In this document: piece after piece, positions 11,901 to 23,526 of the stretch
Position numbering within the stretch: the first letter of the stretch is position 1
Layout of the letters: each line of letters opens with the position of its first letter
From: Azolla caroliniana
Lineage: Eukaryota; Plantae; Polypodiophyta
Length of the DNA stretch: 64,000 nucleotides
Reading direction: 5' to 3'
NCBI GenBank assembly: GCA_043228905.1
Contig: JBHGNT010000007.1
Coordinates: forward strand, 9,300,001 to 9,364,000
Notes under the pieces: generated by a model
Database searches by the model: none
Seen by the model: the letters and a program-made list of their open reading frames with translations, nothing else
What the model was told of the DNA's origin: nothing
Made by a program: the position numbers and the translations under genes

Positions 11901-13073
11901 AACTAACGTCTCCCAACTATCCGAGAGGGAACCGAGCAAGAGCAATGTGAGTACCTCATCCGTGAGAGTTACTTCCAACGAGGTGGCTTGGTGTATTAGC
12001 CCCTGGAAGGCATTCATGTGCTCCGCCATACTGGAGTTGTCTTGGTACCGGAGCCTCACTAACTTCTGGAATACTAAAACCCAATTAACGACATTTTTGA
12101 TCTGGAACATGATGCCGATCTTCTCCCAGAGTTCTTGAGCCTTAGTTTCTTCATTGAAATGTTTGTACAGGCTCATGTCAATGAAGCACCGGATGTACGT
12201 CGTCATCTTCGTGTGCATCACCTCCCATGTCGCGGCATCGATCTTATCCAGTTTCTGGTCCCCAAACTGTACCGACAACCAAGATATTTCACCACCAGCA
12301 TATCCTTCATCTTCGACTTCTACCCTGAGTAGTTTGAGCTGGTGAGCTTGAACATGCCACCGAACGACTCTTCCATTTCCTGTGTTGTTCGCTTTGGTAC
12401 CAGTTTGTGCGGAGATAACGCTCGGCTACAACCGAGTCTTCAACAAGGAATAGAAGAGAACAAATTAAAAGCAAGATGACACAGGATGTTTACGTGGAAA
12501 ACCCTAAATGGGAAAAACCACGGGAGCCCACAGACTCCAAACTATCATTATATGAGAAATGTACAATTAGAGACTTAAAGGGAACGACCTCGAGCTCTAT
12601 GTCTTCGCCTGTTGGCAGTTACAACTGAAACTAGTTCTGTATCTTTCTCTCTCTCTCGCTCTGTGTACAACAACAACTCTATATCGTCATTTGCATAAAG
12701 TGATTTCCCTAAGTCATATTTATACTTATATGACTTTTGGGCTATTTACAAATATAGCCTCAATGGGCTTATCCTAACATATTTACAAATATGCCCTTGG
12801 GTTTGGTTCACACCGGATCCACGCGGATTCACTGGTTCCGGTTTCCAGATCTTATTGAGAACCCTTCCGAATCCGGCTTCTTCATCTGGCTCGTCCGATC
12901 CAGCTTCTCTGGTTCTCATCCGGATCCCATCCGGAGGGACCGAATTCCCAGCACTTGTCTCATTGTTCATCTTTGTCTTCATGCTCCTGTGTCGTTCCCA
13001 GGCTCTCAAGTTCCACGCTCTTAGCCCCATCATCCGTGTTCCATCCGAGTCTGCGGTTGGTGTGTTTGTGACA
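8964..13073. mobile_element. LTR-like segment (8964-9297 + 12959-13073) interrupted by a Copia insertion
   Basis: TGTCAC...GTGACA inverted termini, TTCTAGA-rich repeats and a TATAAATA box. No matching TSD was found. Confidence 0.45.
9298..12953 (-). mobile_element. Internally deleted Copia element (family C2)
   Basis: LTRs at 9298-9804 and 12406-12953. TSD CTTGT at 9293-9297 and 12954-12958. Degenerate PBS at 12391-12402 and PPT at 9805-9816. Remnants of gag (11814-12376), protease (11394-11657) and RT/RH (10111-11090); the integrase core is absent. Confidence 0.92.
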
Positions 13074-13517
13074 GTTTGAATCCCTTCCAACTGCAAGCAT
13101 CACCGGTCTTCGTCATCGCTTTTGCTTCTAGAATTACCATCATCACCGTCCTTGCTTCCAGAGTTACCATCATCAACATCCGTGTCTTTGATATCATCAT
13201 TTTCAACACCTCTTCGCCCAAGCTTCATCCTCATCAACACTAGTTTGCATGGTCTTTCATCATCATCATTGCTCCACCCTCTTCATTTTCATTATTATCA
13301 TCTATAGGCATCATTTTGCATCGCGATTTTGGTAAGGATTGCTTTTGATCGCTCACCTTCCTAGTTTCGGTGGGGGTCACAACTGCTTGGTTACCTGGTG
13401 GGGATCAAATCATTTCTCGCATGCAAGCCATTTTCATTTTGGTTCAAATCTCGCTCCACTTTCCTTTCAAGACAACCGATTTCGATCGCTCATCTTCCCA
13501 GTTCCGGTGGGGGTCAC

Positions 13518-16500
13518 TATTGGGAAACCGGTCCCTCCGGATGGGATCCAGAAGACATTCGGTTACCGGATCGGATGGATCTGGTGTAAACCCGAAGCAG
13601 GGACAGATTTGTAAATAGGTTTCATGAGGGTCATTGAGGCCAAATAGTCAGTAAGTTACGATCATTAGAGTTATGATCATTAGAGTGTTATAAATAGGGC
13701 TAATGTGAGTGTTATGATCATTAGAGTTGTAGTTGTTGTTATCGTTGTATAGAGCGTGAGAGTGAGAGAGAGAGAAATTGAATCAATTTCTGTTGTAACC
13801 GCCAAAAGTTGAAGATACAGAACTCGAGGTCATGGCCTCTGAGTCTCTTTCTGTTGTACCCCTCTCTATAGTGATTCTGTTTGGAGTCCGTGGGCTTCAG
13901 TGGTTTTTCCCAATTAGGGTTTTCCATGTTAATATCTTGTGTTGTCTCATTTCTAATTTTATTGTTGTTTCTTCCATTGTGTGATTTAGAGGCTCGGTTG
14001 TTGTCGAGTGTTGTTTTCTCAGAAATTGGTATCAAAGCACACAACAAAGGAAATGGAAGAGTCATTTGGTGGCATGTTGAAGGTCACCAGCTCCAACTAC
14101 TCAGTGCGGAAGTCGACGATGAGGGACATGCTAGTGGTTAAAGATCTTTGGCTGCCAGTACAGTTCGGGGACAAGAAAGCAGACAAGATCAATGCCACGA
14201 CATGGGAGGTGATGCACATGAAGACGATGACATACATAAGATGCTTCAACGACATGAGTCTGTACAACAGCTATAATGAAGAAAGCAAAGCTCATGCACT
14301 TTGGGACAAGATAGACATCAAGTTCCAGAACAAGAATGTCGTAAATCGAGTCTTAGTATTCCTAAAGCTGGTGAGACTCAGATATCAAGACGGCTCCAGT
14401 ATGGCGGAGCACATGAATGCCTTCCAGGGGCTCATAAAACAAGCCACCTCGTTGGAAGTACCTCTGGCCGATGAGGTACTCGTGTTGTTATTGCTCGGTT
14501 CCCTCTCGGATAGTTGGGAGACGCTAGTTTTCACTTTGGGCAACGCCAGGCCGGAAAGGAAACAACTATCCCTAGTAAGAGTAAAGTCGAGCTTGCTAGA
14601 TGAAGAGGCGCGTCGAAAAGACAAAGAAGTGATCTCCGACACAAAAGACTTTATTACTGAATCTGACGCACAACAAGGGAGAAACCGGAATCAGAGTCCC
14701 CAGAATCGGGACTTGCCGGGGGCGAGATCAAAGTCAAGGGGGATGCCTATGTCCTTCTATTGTGGGAAGCTGGGGCACTTCAAGAAGAATTGCCGACACT
14801 TCCGGAAAGAGAAAGTAATGGACAATGCCTACTTGAAGAAGGATCCAGACCGGAGGAGTTCGGATCGGAAAGGAACATCGGCAATTGCGACAAGTGACGA
14901 AGAACTGCTACTTATCACCGAGGATAGCGAGCTAAACCTTGTCAATGACGAAACGACGTGGGTGGTCGACTTCAGAGCACCATTTCATCTATCCCCCGAT
15001 CGGAAGGGCTTCTCATCCTACAAAGCTAGAGACCAAGGTTGTGTCCGGATGAGGAATGAAGGATCATGCGGAATAGTTGGCATAGGAGATGTGTGGTTGA
15101 TGACATCAACCGGGTGTAAGCTGATACTGAAGAATGTCCGACACGTTCCGGAGGTTCGGTTGAACTTGATATCAGTCGGACGACTGGATGATGAAGGCTA
15201 CATAGGTAGCATCCAGAACGGAGTCATGAAGTTCAGCAAGGGAAGCCTAATCGTGTCTTGAGCTCGGAAGATGAACACACTTTACCTGATGCATGGCCAG
15301 ATTTACCAGGAAGAAGTGAACGTGGCATCCGAAAATGCCGGTGAGTTGTGGCACAAGAGGTTGTGTCACATGAGCCAGAAAGGAATGCGGAAAGTTGCCG
15401 AGGACAACCTCATTCCAGAGGTGAAAGATGTGCATTTTGAGAAGTGCACTGATTGCTTGGTTGGTAAGCAGAACCGAACCTCTTTCCGGTCAAGACCACC
15501 GATGAGACGGAATGCACCGCTGGAACTTGTGCATACCGATGTATGCCAAGTGGACACGAAGTCACATGCTAGATCACAGTACTTTGTGACGTTCATCAAC
15601 GACCACAGTCAAAAGCTGTGGGTCTCACCGCTAAAAATGAAGGAGCAGGTATCCTCTGTCTTCAAGGACTTCCACGTGAGAGTGGAAGGGAAACCGACCG
15701 GAAGCTGAAGGCATTTCAAGCTGACAACGGAGGAGAATACGGGGGGCAATTTGAGGAGTACTGTCGGTCGAAGGGAATCCGGCTCGAATTCACCGTGCCG
15801 AAGACACTGGAGCTGAAAGGATTGACCGGAAGGATGAACCAGACCGTAATGGAGAGAGTCTGGAGCCTACTGGCACATGCTAAACTGTCCAAGATGTTTT
15901 GGGATGAGGCGGTCATGATGGCGGTGTACGTGATTAACAAATCACCCTCAACAGCCTTGGTCGGAGACACACCACAGAGAGTATGGATCGGTAAAGACGT
16001 GTCTTACCGGCATCTGAAGGTGTTTGGTTGTCTCGCTTACATGCATGTTGCAAAGGACAAGAGAGCAAAGTTGGACCCGAAGTCTCGGCCATGCATATTC
16101 CTTGGATACGACGACGATGAGTTCGGATATTGAGTACGGGACTTGGTCGACAAGAAGGTCTTCCGTAGTCGAGACATAATCTTCATGGAAGACAAGATTA
16201 TTGCCAATTGGGAGTCAGAAAAGAAGATAACGAACTCTGGCTTGACTAACAGAGATCGGTTGGAAGACGCAACAATCCATCCGGCTGGATGCCGGATGAC
16301 GCTTGATAAGCTCGATGAATCGGCCGGATTTGGACAAGAAACAGAACTGGCCGAAGAAGAAGAAGAAGCAGACACCGGAGTCAGACAAGACCCCGAATCA
16401 GATTTGGATGAAGAACAGACAGAGGAACCGGTGAACGAAAAACAAGGACGGAGATATCCTCTCAGAGAGAGAAGAGCCCCCCGGAGATTTCCGGATGCAC

Positions 16501-16945
16501 AACATGTATTGCTGACCGATGAGGGGAAACCGGAAAGCTTCGAAGAAGTAAAGAAAGACACCCACAGCCGCAAGTGGTTAAGTGCCATGTAGGATGAGAT
16601 GGATTCCCCGCATGAGAACCACACATATGAACTGACGGAGCTGCCGAAAGGAAAGAGAGCGCTTTGGAACAAGTGGGTGTACAAGATTAAACTGGGAGAC
16701 GCCAGAAATCCACCAATATACAAAGCCCCGATCGTGGTGAAGGGATTCCAATAGAAGAAAGGAGTGGATTTCAACGAGATCTTTGTCCCGGTTGTAAAGA
16801 TGACATCCATCTGGATTGTGTTGAGCATAGCGGCGAGCATGGACCCCGAGGTTGAACAACTCGATGTTAAGACGACATTCCTTCATGGGGACCTCGAGGA
16901 GGAGATATACATGCAACAATCAGAGGGATTTGTGAAGAAAGGGAT
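13518..16945 (+). mobile_element. 3'-truncated Copia element (family C2): 5' LTR, PBS, gag-PR-INT and partial RT, with stops and frameshifts
   Basis: LTR at about 13518-14023 is the reverse complement of the family LTR. PBS TGGTATCAAAGC at 14027-14038. Gag starts MEESFGGMLK at 14053; integrase WHKRLCH...CTDC and ADNGGEY; RT QLDVKTTFLHGDLEEEIYMQQ. Homology stops near 16945. Confidence 0.9.
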
Positions 16946-19287
16946 TTGTGAACATACAAATGATTCTGTTGAGCGTACCAAGGAAGCCAATGAGGACAAT
17001 CCCGATCAAATAGCTAATCCTGAAGAGCCCCCCTTACTAGACTTACTATCGGATTGAATGCATATGGCTTATTGTAAAATTTGAATAATATTAATTGTTA
17101 AAGTTTGACGTAATATATCATTTGAGTTTATTTATAATTTGTGTGTAAGACTTGTTGAACTTAGAGTTTAAGTATAATTTGTATGTGTACATGTTGTCTT
17201 TAGTCTCCATTCTAGTTTGGGGTATTCACATGATAAATTTATACTCTACCATTTGTTCGTATGATTGGAAAGTTATTGTAGACTGGTTTCTTTCCACATT
17301 GACGGTGTCATGTGTCATGTGTCAATGGAATATTTCTCTCAACATAATCGTATCTCTTAACTGCAACCTTTACAATTTCCTTTAAGATGTATTATATATA
17401 AATATACTCACAAAATTAGTAGAAGACACTTATTCAGTGGGGTATGATTTTTAGATTATGCACAATGACTCGTGATACAATTATACTTGCATGGACTTCC
17501 ATACCTTATCTAAGATTTGGATAAAAACATGGTAGATAGAATAAAAGACTATTGATTTTGTTACATTGTGATATTATTTAGTTCTATTTTTCGTTATGTT
17601 TTAAGAACCCATGTACGCATGCATCATGCCTTTTTGAAAGTCTGTTAAAATAAAGCATTTTTTAACATCTTACCAATATATGAAAAAGAGAATGTGACAC
17701 ATTACCTGTTTCAAATGACCCAGTGTTAACTGATCATAAGATAAAATTTCCGCAGTTTTCCCTAATCTTATGATGAGTATGTGTGGGTTAATTCTAAAAG
17801 GAATGAGGGTATGAATTGTAATATTCAATTCTATGGTATGGGATAACCATTATGTGTGTTATAACTTGACCACTTCAAATAAGGCAGTCAAATGTGAACA
17901 CACTAGGGCCTAGGGTTTCTACCTACATAAGGAGGCTAGCTACCTTCTTATCGAAGGAGGCTTGATTTATGTTGAGACTATGAAAATGTTTTTATGGCTC
18001 TTGTACCTATACCCATGCGACCTTCGTAGGTCCCAAGGTACGACTTGCATCAACCCTCAATGGTATGGGACATTGAGGAGGTTCGGGTCCGTCTCATTCT
18101 GTTGCTAAGGGGGTGGTCAGGTGGTTTGGCACCCCTCTTTCCTTTCTTTGGTCTATAATTCCTTATGTATTGCTTAATTAATTAGTTAGACTCTAACAAA
18201 AAGGGTGGGGGGGGTGAGGGGGAGGGCAAATTAATGAAGATCAAATAAAGCTTTTATAATTGTTAACCCTCCTACATAGGGTGAGATAGAATAAGAAAAT
18301 GAAAAACTTGGAGGAATATCCTTGAGTTTTGGCATGGTGTGTTTACACTCCATGACACATCGCTTTGGTCATCATAGGCCTATGACCACCTTTGTAATCT
18401 GCTGCCCCATGATAATCCATATTTCTAAGAAAGCTTGGTCGCTTGGCTTTGAAGTTCTCCAAACCTAAAAATGAATTATCTTTCTCATTATATAGCTTTC
18501 ACGAGCTCAGTTGTAAAGTAAAAGTAGTGGTATCTCTTTTAGCATACACCATTGCCTTTTCTTTTAGCATGCGCTTAACCTTCCGATCCTTACATTAGTG
18601 CCTGATGCCAACAAGATGTTCATTGTGTGCTTATATCCACTGTTTGTTTCAATTTTGTAGCTTGGGCATTCTTTGTCAACCTTATCCTTACGCATGTGCT
18701 TTGATATTGCCAAAATGTTCATTGTGTATTTACATCCACCATTTGCTTCATTTTTATGAGAATGTTGTAGCTACAACCTTATCCTTACACATGAAACAAA
18801 TTACAAGAGATCTTGTGTCATTTCCGTGTGCCTCATGGAACGTATCTATCGGTTGATGGAGTTATGCCTCTTCTTGATGTTGTTAGCCTTGAGTCAAGAC
18901 CAACGCATACCCTTTTGATGGCGAATTGGGCGAATGTGGTTGTCGAGCACCTTCAAGCTACTAGCTTGCTTAGCATTTACCTATCAGTACTTAATATCTC
19001 TCCCTGGCTTTACTCTCTCTTACAAATCTAACAAGTTACTCCTTTTCTCTAATGGCTTCTATCATTCATTTATCTAAAATCATATTATTACTAAAGCATA
19101 GAAACAAATATGCATGGCCTCTTCTTTTTCAATATACACTAGAAGATAGGTAGAGCAAAGACGAGAACAACATATCTTGATCCATAAGAGTAGATGGTTG
19201 ATCTTATAACACCGCATTCACCTTTTGTCTCATCACAAAGGTTGAGCCCTACCATTTACATAGGAAAGCCTGCAACATTGTGTGCAG

Positions 19288-19572
19288 TTTTCGTCCTACC
19301 ACTATAGATTGAGCTCTACCATATACAAAGGAAAACACCCTTAACACCCATGCTAGATGAAGTATACTCATCAAAATGGAAAATTGCTGGTTCCCAACAC
19401 TTTGTTAATTTAAGCCTATTAACGCTGTATTCAGTTAATGTTAGGTTCTATTAATTTAAGCCAATAACACTGTATTCAGTTTTTGTCCTATCATTATAAG
19501 TTGAGCTCTACCCTATACAAAGGAAAACACCCTAAACACCAATGCTAGATGAAGTATACACGTCAAAATGGA
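19288..19572. repeat. Direct repeat of about 93 bp (19288-19380 and 19480-19572)
   Basis: Both copies contain ttgagctctacc.tatacaaaggaaaacaccct.aacacc.atgctagatgaagtatac...tcaaaatgga. Confidence 0.75.
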
Positions 19573-20143
19573 TAATAGCTTATTTTGCAAGTCATACATT
19601 ACATCACATTTTTTATTACTTGGCTTTCAGATTTCCTTCAAAAAGTCATTTGGTCTTGTGGTGATAAAATTTTCCTTGATCTATTGAATGTTTTTATCTC
19701 ACAGCAATAAATGTTACTTGACCTTGAATAGATAACATGATCGCCAGTCCATCTCTAAAAAAATGGTTTGAAGTGTTACAGTATATCCCTTGCACACAAT
19801 AAGGCATCTTTAGCCTTACAATGGGCTGAAGATCTCAAAGAAAGATCAGTTTAATGCATTTCAATGCGTTCATCCATGCACATCCCAGCACAATTATTGT
19901 GTCCATCTTACCTTACACGGTGCTGAATGCTTATATGAGAAACTTAAATGGTATATAAGCCTTCTACTTATGTTCACTGAAAGAACATGATATTGAAGAG
20001 AAGAATCCCAATATATCACAAAAGGTCATGTGCAAACAAAATCCATGTCATGGTCATTGATAACATTGATCGAGTTTGCAGGGTAGTGAGACTCATCCCC
20101 CGACTTCTATCTATTGATGTATATACACAACTTCAATAACCGG

Positions 20144-23029
20144 TCAACCATTCCAACCTAATAGTCCTTTCTTGTGAGCTATTCTAAAGGAGTGCTCAGT
20201 GGACTCACACCAAAGCTCATCAGGAGAAGACATTTCCCATGCACCCACTTTCTGTCTGGTAAGATCAACTAGGCTCGCAGAATCAAACATGCCTGCATCA
20301 GCATAGATGTTGGACATTAGCACATACGCAGCCGGCTCCTTAGGCTGAAGTCGGACAGCACAATCAAATGCAAACTTTCCGACCTCCATATTACCATGCG
20401 TTCGGCAAGATGCCAATAGACACAACCAAACTGCTATGTCAGGTTGCACTGGCATTTTGGGAAGAATCCCCTTCAGCTTCCTAAAGTCCCCAGCCCTTCC
20501 TAATAGATCAAATAAACACACAAAATGCTTTGGATCTGATGGTAATGCATAGTTCCTCTTCATTGATCCAAAATACTCTATACCAGCATCGACGAGTCCC
20601 GCGTGGCTACATGCTGATAGAAGAGATAAGAATGTGACTCTATCAGGTTTAATACCCACTATCTCCATAGATTTGAACCTCTCCAAACATGCCATGGAGT
20701 TGCCTTCTCGGCAATAACCGGCAATCAGTGTGCTCCAGATAACAACATCAGGATCCACGAGATTGTCGAAAATTGCCTGAGCATTCACCATCCTTGAGCA
20801 ACTCCCATAGGCATGAATGAGAGCCGCGAGGGTAAGATTGAGATGGCATCCAGCTGAGACCACATTGAAGTAAATCTCTCCACACGTCTCTATATCACCT
20901 AATTCACTGCAAGCTTGCAATGCACATACAAATGTGACGTCACACAAGCTTGCTCCTTCAGCTTGCATCTGCTTATAAACCTTTAACGCTTTACTTCCTT
21001 GCCCTTGATCAACGTATGCTGTAAGCATGGCATTCCATGCCACATTATCACGATGGTGAAGGCTATTGAATACATTCTCAGCTTGAATTATGTCCCCACA
21101 CTTGCTATACATCATCACAAGAGTGCTCGCTACGAATACATTTGAATTGAACCTCATCTTTCGGACATCTGAATGTAAAGATCGACCAATAGCCAATGAA
21201 TTGGGTCTCATTGATTGTCCTTCTATTATGGCCGGCTCCTCGTCCTCAGCAATAAGAGAGCATCCTTGAAGGGCCATAACCAGCGTTTGTTCATCAGGTT
21301 TTGTGCTTTGCTCTTGCATTTCTTTGTAAAGATCGAGAACTTTCTCTCCTTCACCTTGTATCACATATGCCGAAAGGAGAGATGTCCACGATACCACGTC
21401 AGGGTGGCATAAGCCACGGAAAACATCTTCAGCTTCCTTGATAGCTCCACATTTTCCATACATATTCACCAGTGAGCTACCCACAAAAGCATGTGATTGG
21501 AAGCCTTTTCTCCTTAGATCATTGTGCAGGGATCTACCTATCTTCAAAGATTCAGGTTTAATTGTAGTTCCATTCACAACCAATCCTTCTTCCTTTTCGG
21601 CAGCCAGCGAGCATGCTTGAATTGCAATGACGAATGTTGCCTCTTTTGGCCTTGTTCCTTCTTCCTTCATTTGCTTATAAAGATCCAAAACTCTTTTTTC
21701 TTGGCCTTGATCAACATACGCCGAGAGCATAGCATTCCATGACACAATATTCCGAGCACTCAATCCATTGAAAACACTCTCAGCTCTCTTGATATCACCA
21801 CACTTACCATACATACTCACTAGAGTACTCCCAATGAAGATATCACTTTCAAATCCTCTTCTTCTCGCATCAGCATGTATATTTCTTCCAGTGTTCAAAT
21901 CCCGCATATTCCCACAGGCTTTAAGAAGTGAAACAAATGTAAATTCATTTGGTTCCACGCAATCTTTCTTCATCAAACCATACATTTCTAATGCTTTTTG
22001 ACCATTATTACATTCGGTATATGAATTAATGAGGGCTGTCCATGAGTAAACACTCCTAGAAACCAAGCTTTGAAACAAATGAAAAGCATCTTCCAAAGCA
22101 CCACATTTAGCTAAAGCAATAACTATATATTCACCAAGGAAAGAAGTTGCAGGTTCGAATCCATGTCGGGTAAGATGAGCAATTAATTGTTTGGTGTGGA
22201 GAAGAGACTTCATTCTACTACAAACTTTCAATAGATGAAAATAATCTCTTTCACAAGGCAAGATTCCGAGCCTATCCATATGCAAAAGAATCTCTAAGCC
22301 TCTACCAATCTCACCTTTCTCGCATAGTTCCTGAATCTCTTGACTGAATCCCGACGAATTTTTTCGGAGTCTCCGGCTCAGGACCTTCCCACGTGGGTTC
22401 TTTGAGGAATCTTTTTGACAACTCTGATTTGAAACATTCTCACATGGGTCTAGAATCTCTCTAGATGAATCTTTTCGTAATCTCAGGCATGGCATACCTT
22501 CATATAGAACCTCTTGACCTGATCCCAAGGAACCTGATTGGAACCTCTGGGTCCGAATCTTCTCATATGGGTCTCGAATCTCTTGACCAAATCCCACAGA
22601 ATCTTTTTGGTCTTCCCAGTTCAGAATATCCACACATACAATCTCTTGACCGAATGCAACAGAATTTTTTTCGATACTTTGACTTGGAAAATTCCCACAT
22701 GGGTCTTTACTCTCTTGACAGAATCCCAAGGAATCTTTTCGGACTCTTTGGCCCAGAGTAATCTCGTCGTCGTCGTCATCATCGCCTATTTCAGGTTTAT
22801 CGAGAGTTGCTACGAGAGCTTCCATCCAAGAAGGCTTGGAAGGGTCCTCATATGATATTCTAGGGTTTCTTGTCTCAGAGAAGGTGTAATGGCATCGATT
22901 CTCTGAGCTAATCCGTCTTCGTACTCGAGTATTGTTATTATTATTACTAGTAGTAGTAGTAGAATTACCAGCATTACATTTCCTGAGGCTTTCAGAGATG
23001 GAGAGAGATAATGGGCGAGTCTTAGCCAT
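20144..23029 (-). CDS. PLS-class pentatricopeptide repeat protein, E/E+ type with no DYW domain; probable organellar RNA-editing specificity factor
   Basis: Intronless 961-aa ORF with repeated P-L-S motifs (SWNAMLSAYV, TFVSLLKACG, GSTLVSMYGKCG), FLSLLSACSHAGLV, an E1 motif WLCLLASCRTHGN, an E2 motif AYVLMSNIYADAG and a degenerate PG box. The N-terminus is Ser/Thr/Arg-rich and transit-peptide-like. Confidence 0.95.
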   Translation of the reverse strand: MAKTRPLSLSISESLRKCNAGNSTTTTSNNNNNTRVRRRISSENRCHYTFSETRNPRISYEDPSKPSWMEALVATLDKPEIGDDDDDDEITLGQRVRKDSLGFCQESKDPCGNFPSQSIEKNSVAFGQEIVCVDILNWEDQKDSVGFGQEIRDPYEKIRTQRFQSGSLGSGQEVLYEGMPCLRLRKDSSREILDPCENVSNQSCQKDSSKNPRGKVLSRRLRKNSSGFSQEIQELCEKGEIGRGLEILLHMDRLGILPCERDYFHLLKVCSRMKSLLHTKQLIAHLTRHGFEPATSFLGEYIVIALAKCGALEDAFHLFQSLVSRSVYSWTALINSYTECNNGQKALEMYGLMKKDCVEPNEFTFVSLLKACGNMRDLNTGRNIHADARRRGFESDIFIGSTLVSMYGKCGDIKRAESVFNGLSARNIVSWNAMLSAYVDQGQEKRVLDLYKQMKEEGTRPKEATFVIAIQACSLAAEKEEGLVVNGTTIKPESLKIGRSLHNDLRRKGFQSHAFVGSSLVNMYGKCGAIKEAEDVFRGLCHPDVVSWTSLLSAYVIQGEGEKVLDLYKEMQEQSTKPDEQTLVMALQGCSLIAEDEEPAIIEGQSMRPNSLAIGRSLHSDVRKMRFNSNVFVASTLVMMYSKCGDIIQAENVFNSLHHRDNVAWNAMLTAYVDQGQGSKALKVYKQMQAEGASLCDVTFVCALQACSELGDIETCGEIYFNVVSAGCHLNLTLAALIHAYGSCSRMVNAQAIFDNLVDPDVVIWSTLIAGYCREGNSMACLERFKSMEIVGIKPDRVTFLSLLSACSHAGLVDAGIEYFGSMKRNYALPSDPKHFVCLFDLLGRAGDFRKLKGILPKMPVQPDIAVWLCLLASCRTHGNMEVGKFAFDCAVRLQPKEPAAYVLMSNIYADAGMFDSASLVDLTRQKVGAWEMSSPDELWCESTEHSFRIAHKKGLLGWNG

Positions 23030-23220
23030 GGCGGAGCTCGGGTTAGAGGCGGAGCCATGGAATCTGTTCCGTGTTTCGACATTGCATCTTCTTCTTCTTC
23101 TTCTTCTTCTTCTTCTTCTTCCTTCTTTGGGAAGGAATGCAGGGAAACAAGGGCCTCACTTCATCTGAAATTAAACAAAAAAACACACACATTTCATATA
23201 TCCATCCATGATTCCATCCA

Positions 23221-23526
23221 TGGCTTGGCTTGGGCTTGTCTTGGCTCGGCTTTGTCTTGCTTTGGCTTTGGCTTGGGCTTGGTTTGGCTTGGCTTTGGCT
23301 TGGCTTGGCTTGGCTTGGCTTGGCTTGCTTTGGCTTTGGCTTTGGCTTTGGCTTTGGCTTTGGCTTTGGCTTTGGCTTTGGCTTTGGCTTTGGCTTTGGC
23401 TTGGCTTTGGCTTTGGCTTGGCTTTGGCATGGCTTGGCTTTGGCTTGGCTTTGGCTTGGCTTTGGCTTGGCTTGGCTTGCTTTGGCTTTGGCTTTGGCTT
23501 GGGCTTGGGCTTGGGCTTGGGCTTGA
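23221..23526. repeat. Compound (GGCTT)/(GGCTTT)/(GGGCTT)n microsatellite
   Basis: About 300 bp of visible pentamer and hexamer repeats, roughly 190 bp upstream of the PPR start codon. Confidence 0.95.

Noticed and set aside
13340-13517. Two 34-bp direct repeats (gatcgctca.cttcc.agtt.cggtgggggtcac) as a CRISPR-like array
   Set aside because: Only two diverged copies, a eukaryotic context and no cas genes. It looks like an ordinary local duplication.
16946-19250. Possible decayed transposase or LINE remnants
   Set aside because: No motif could be recognised with enough confidence to name an element.
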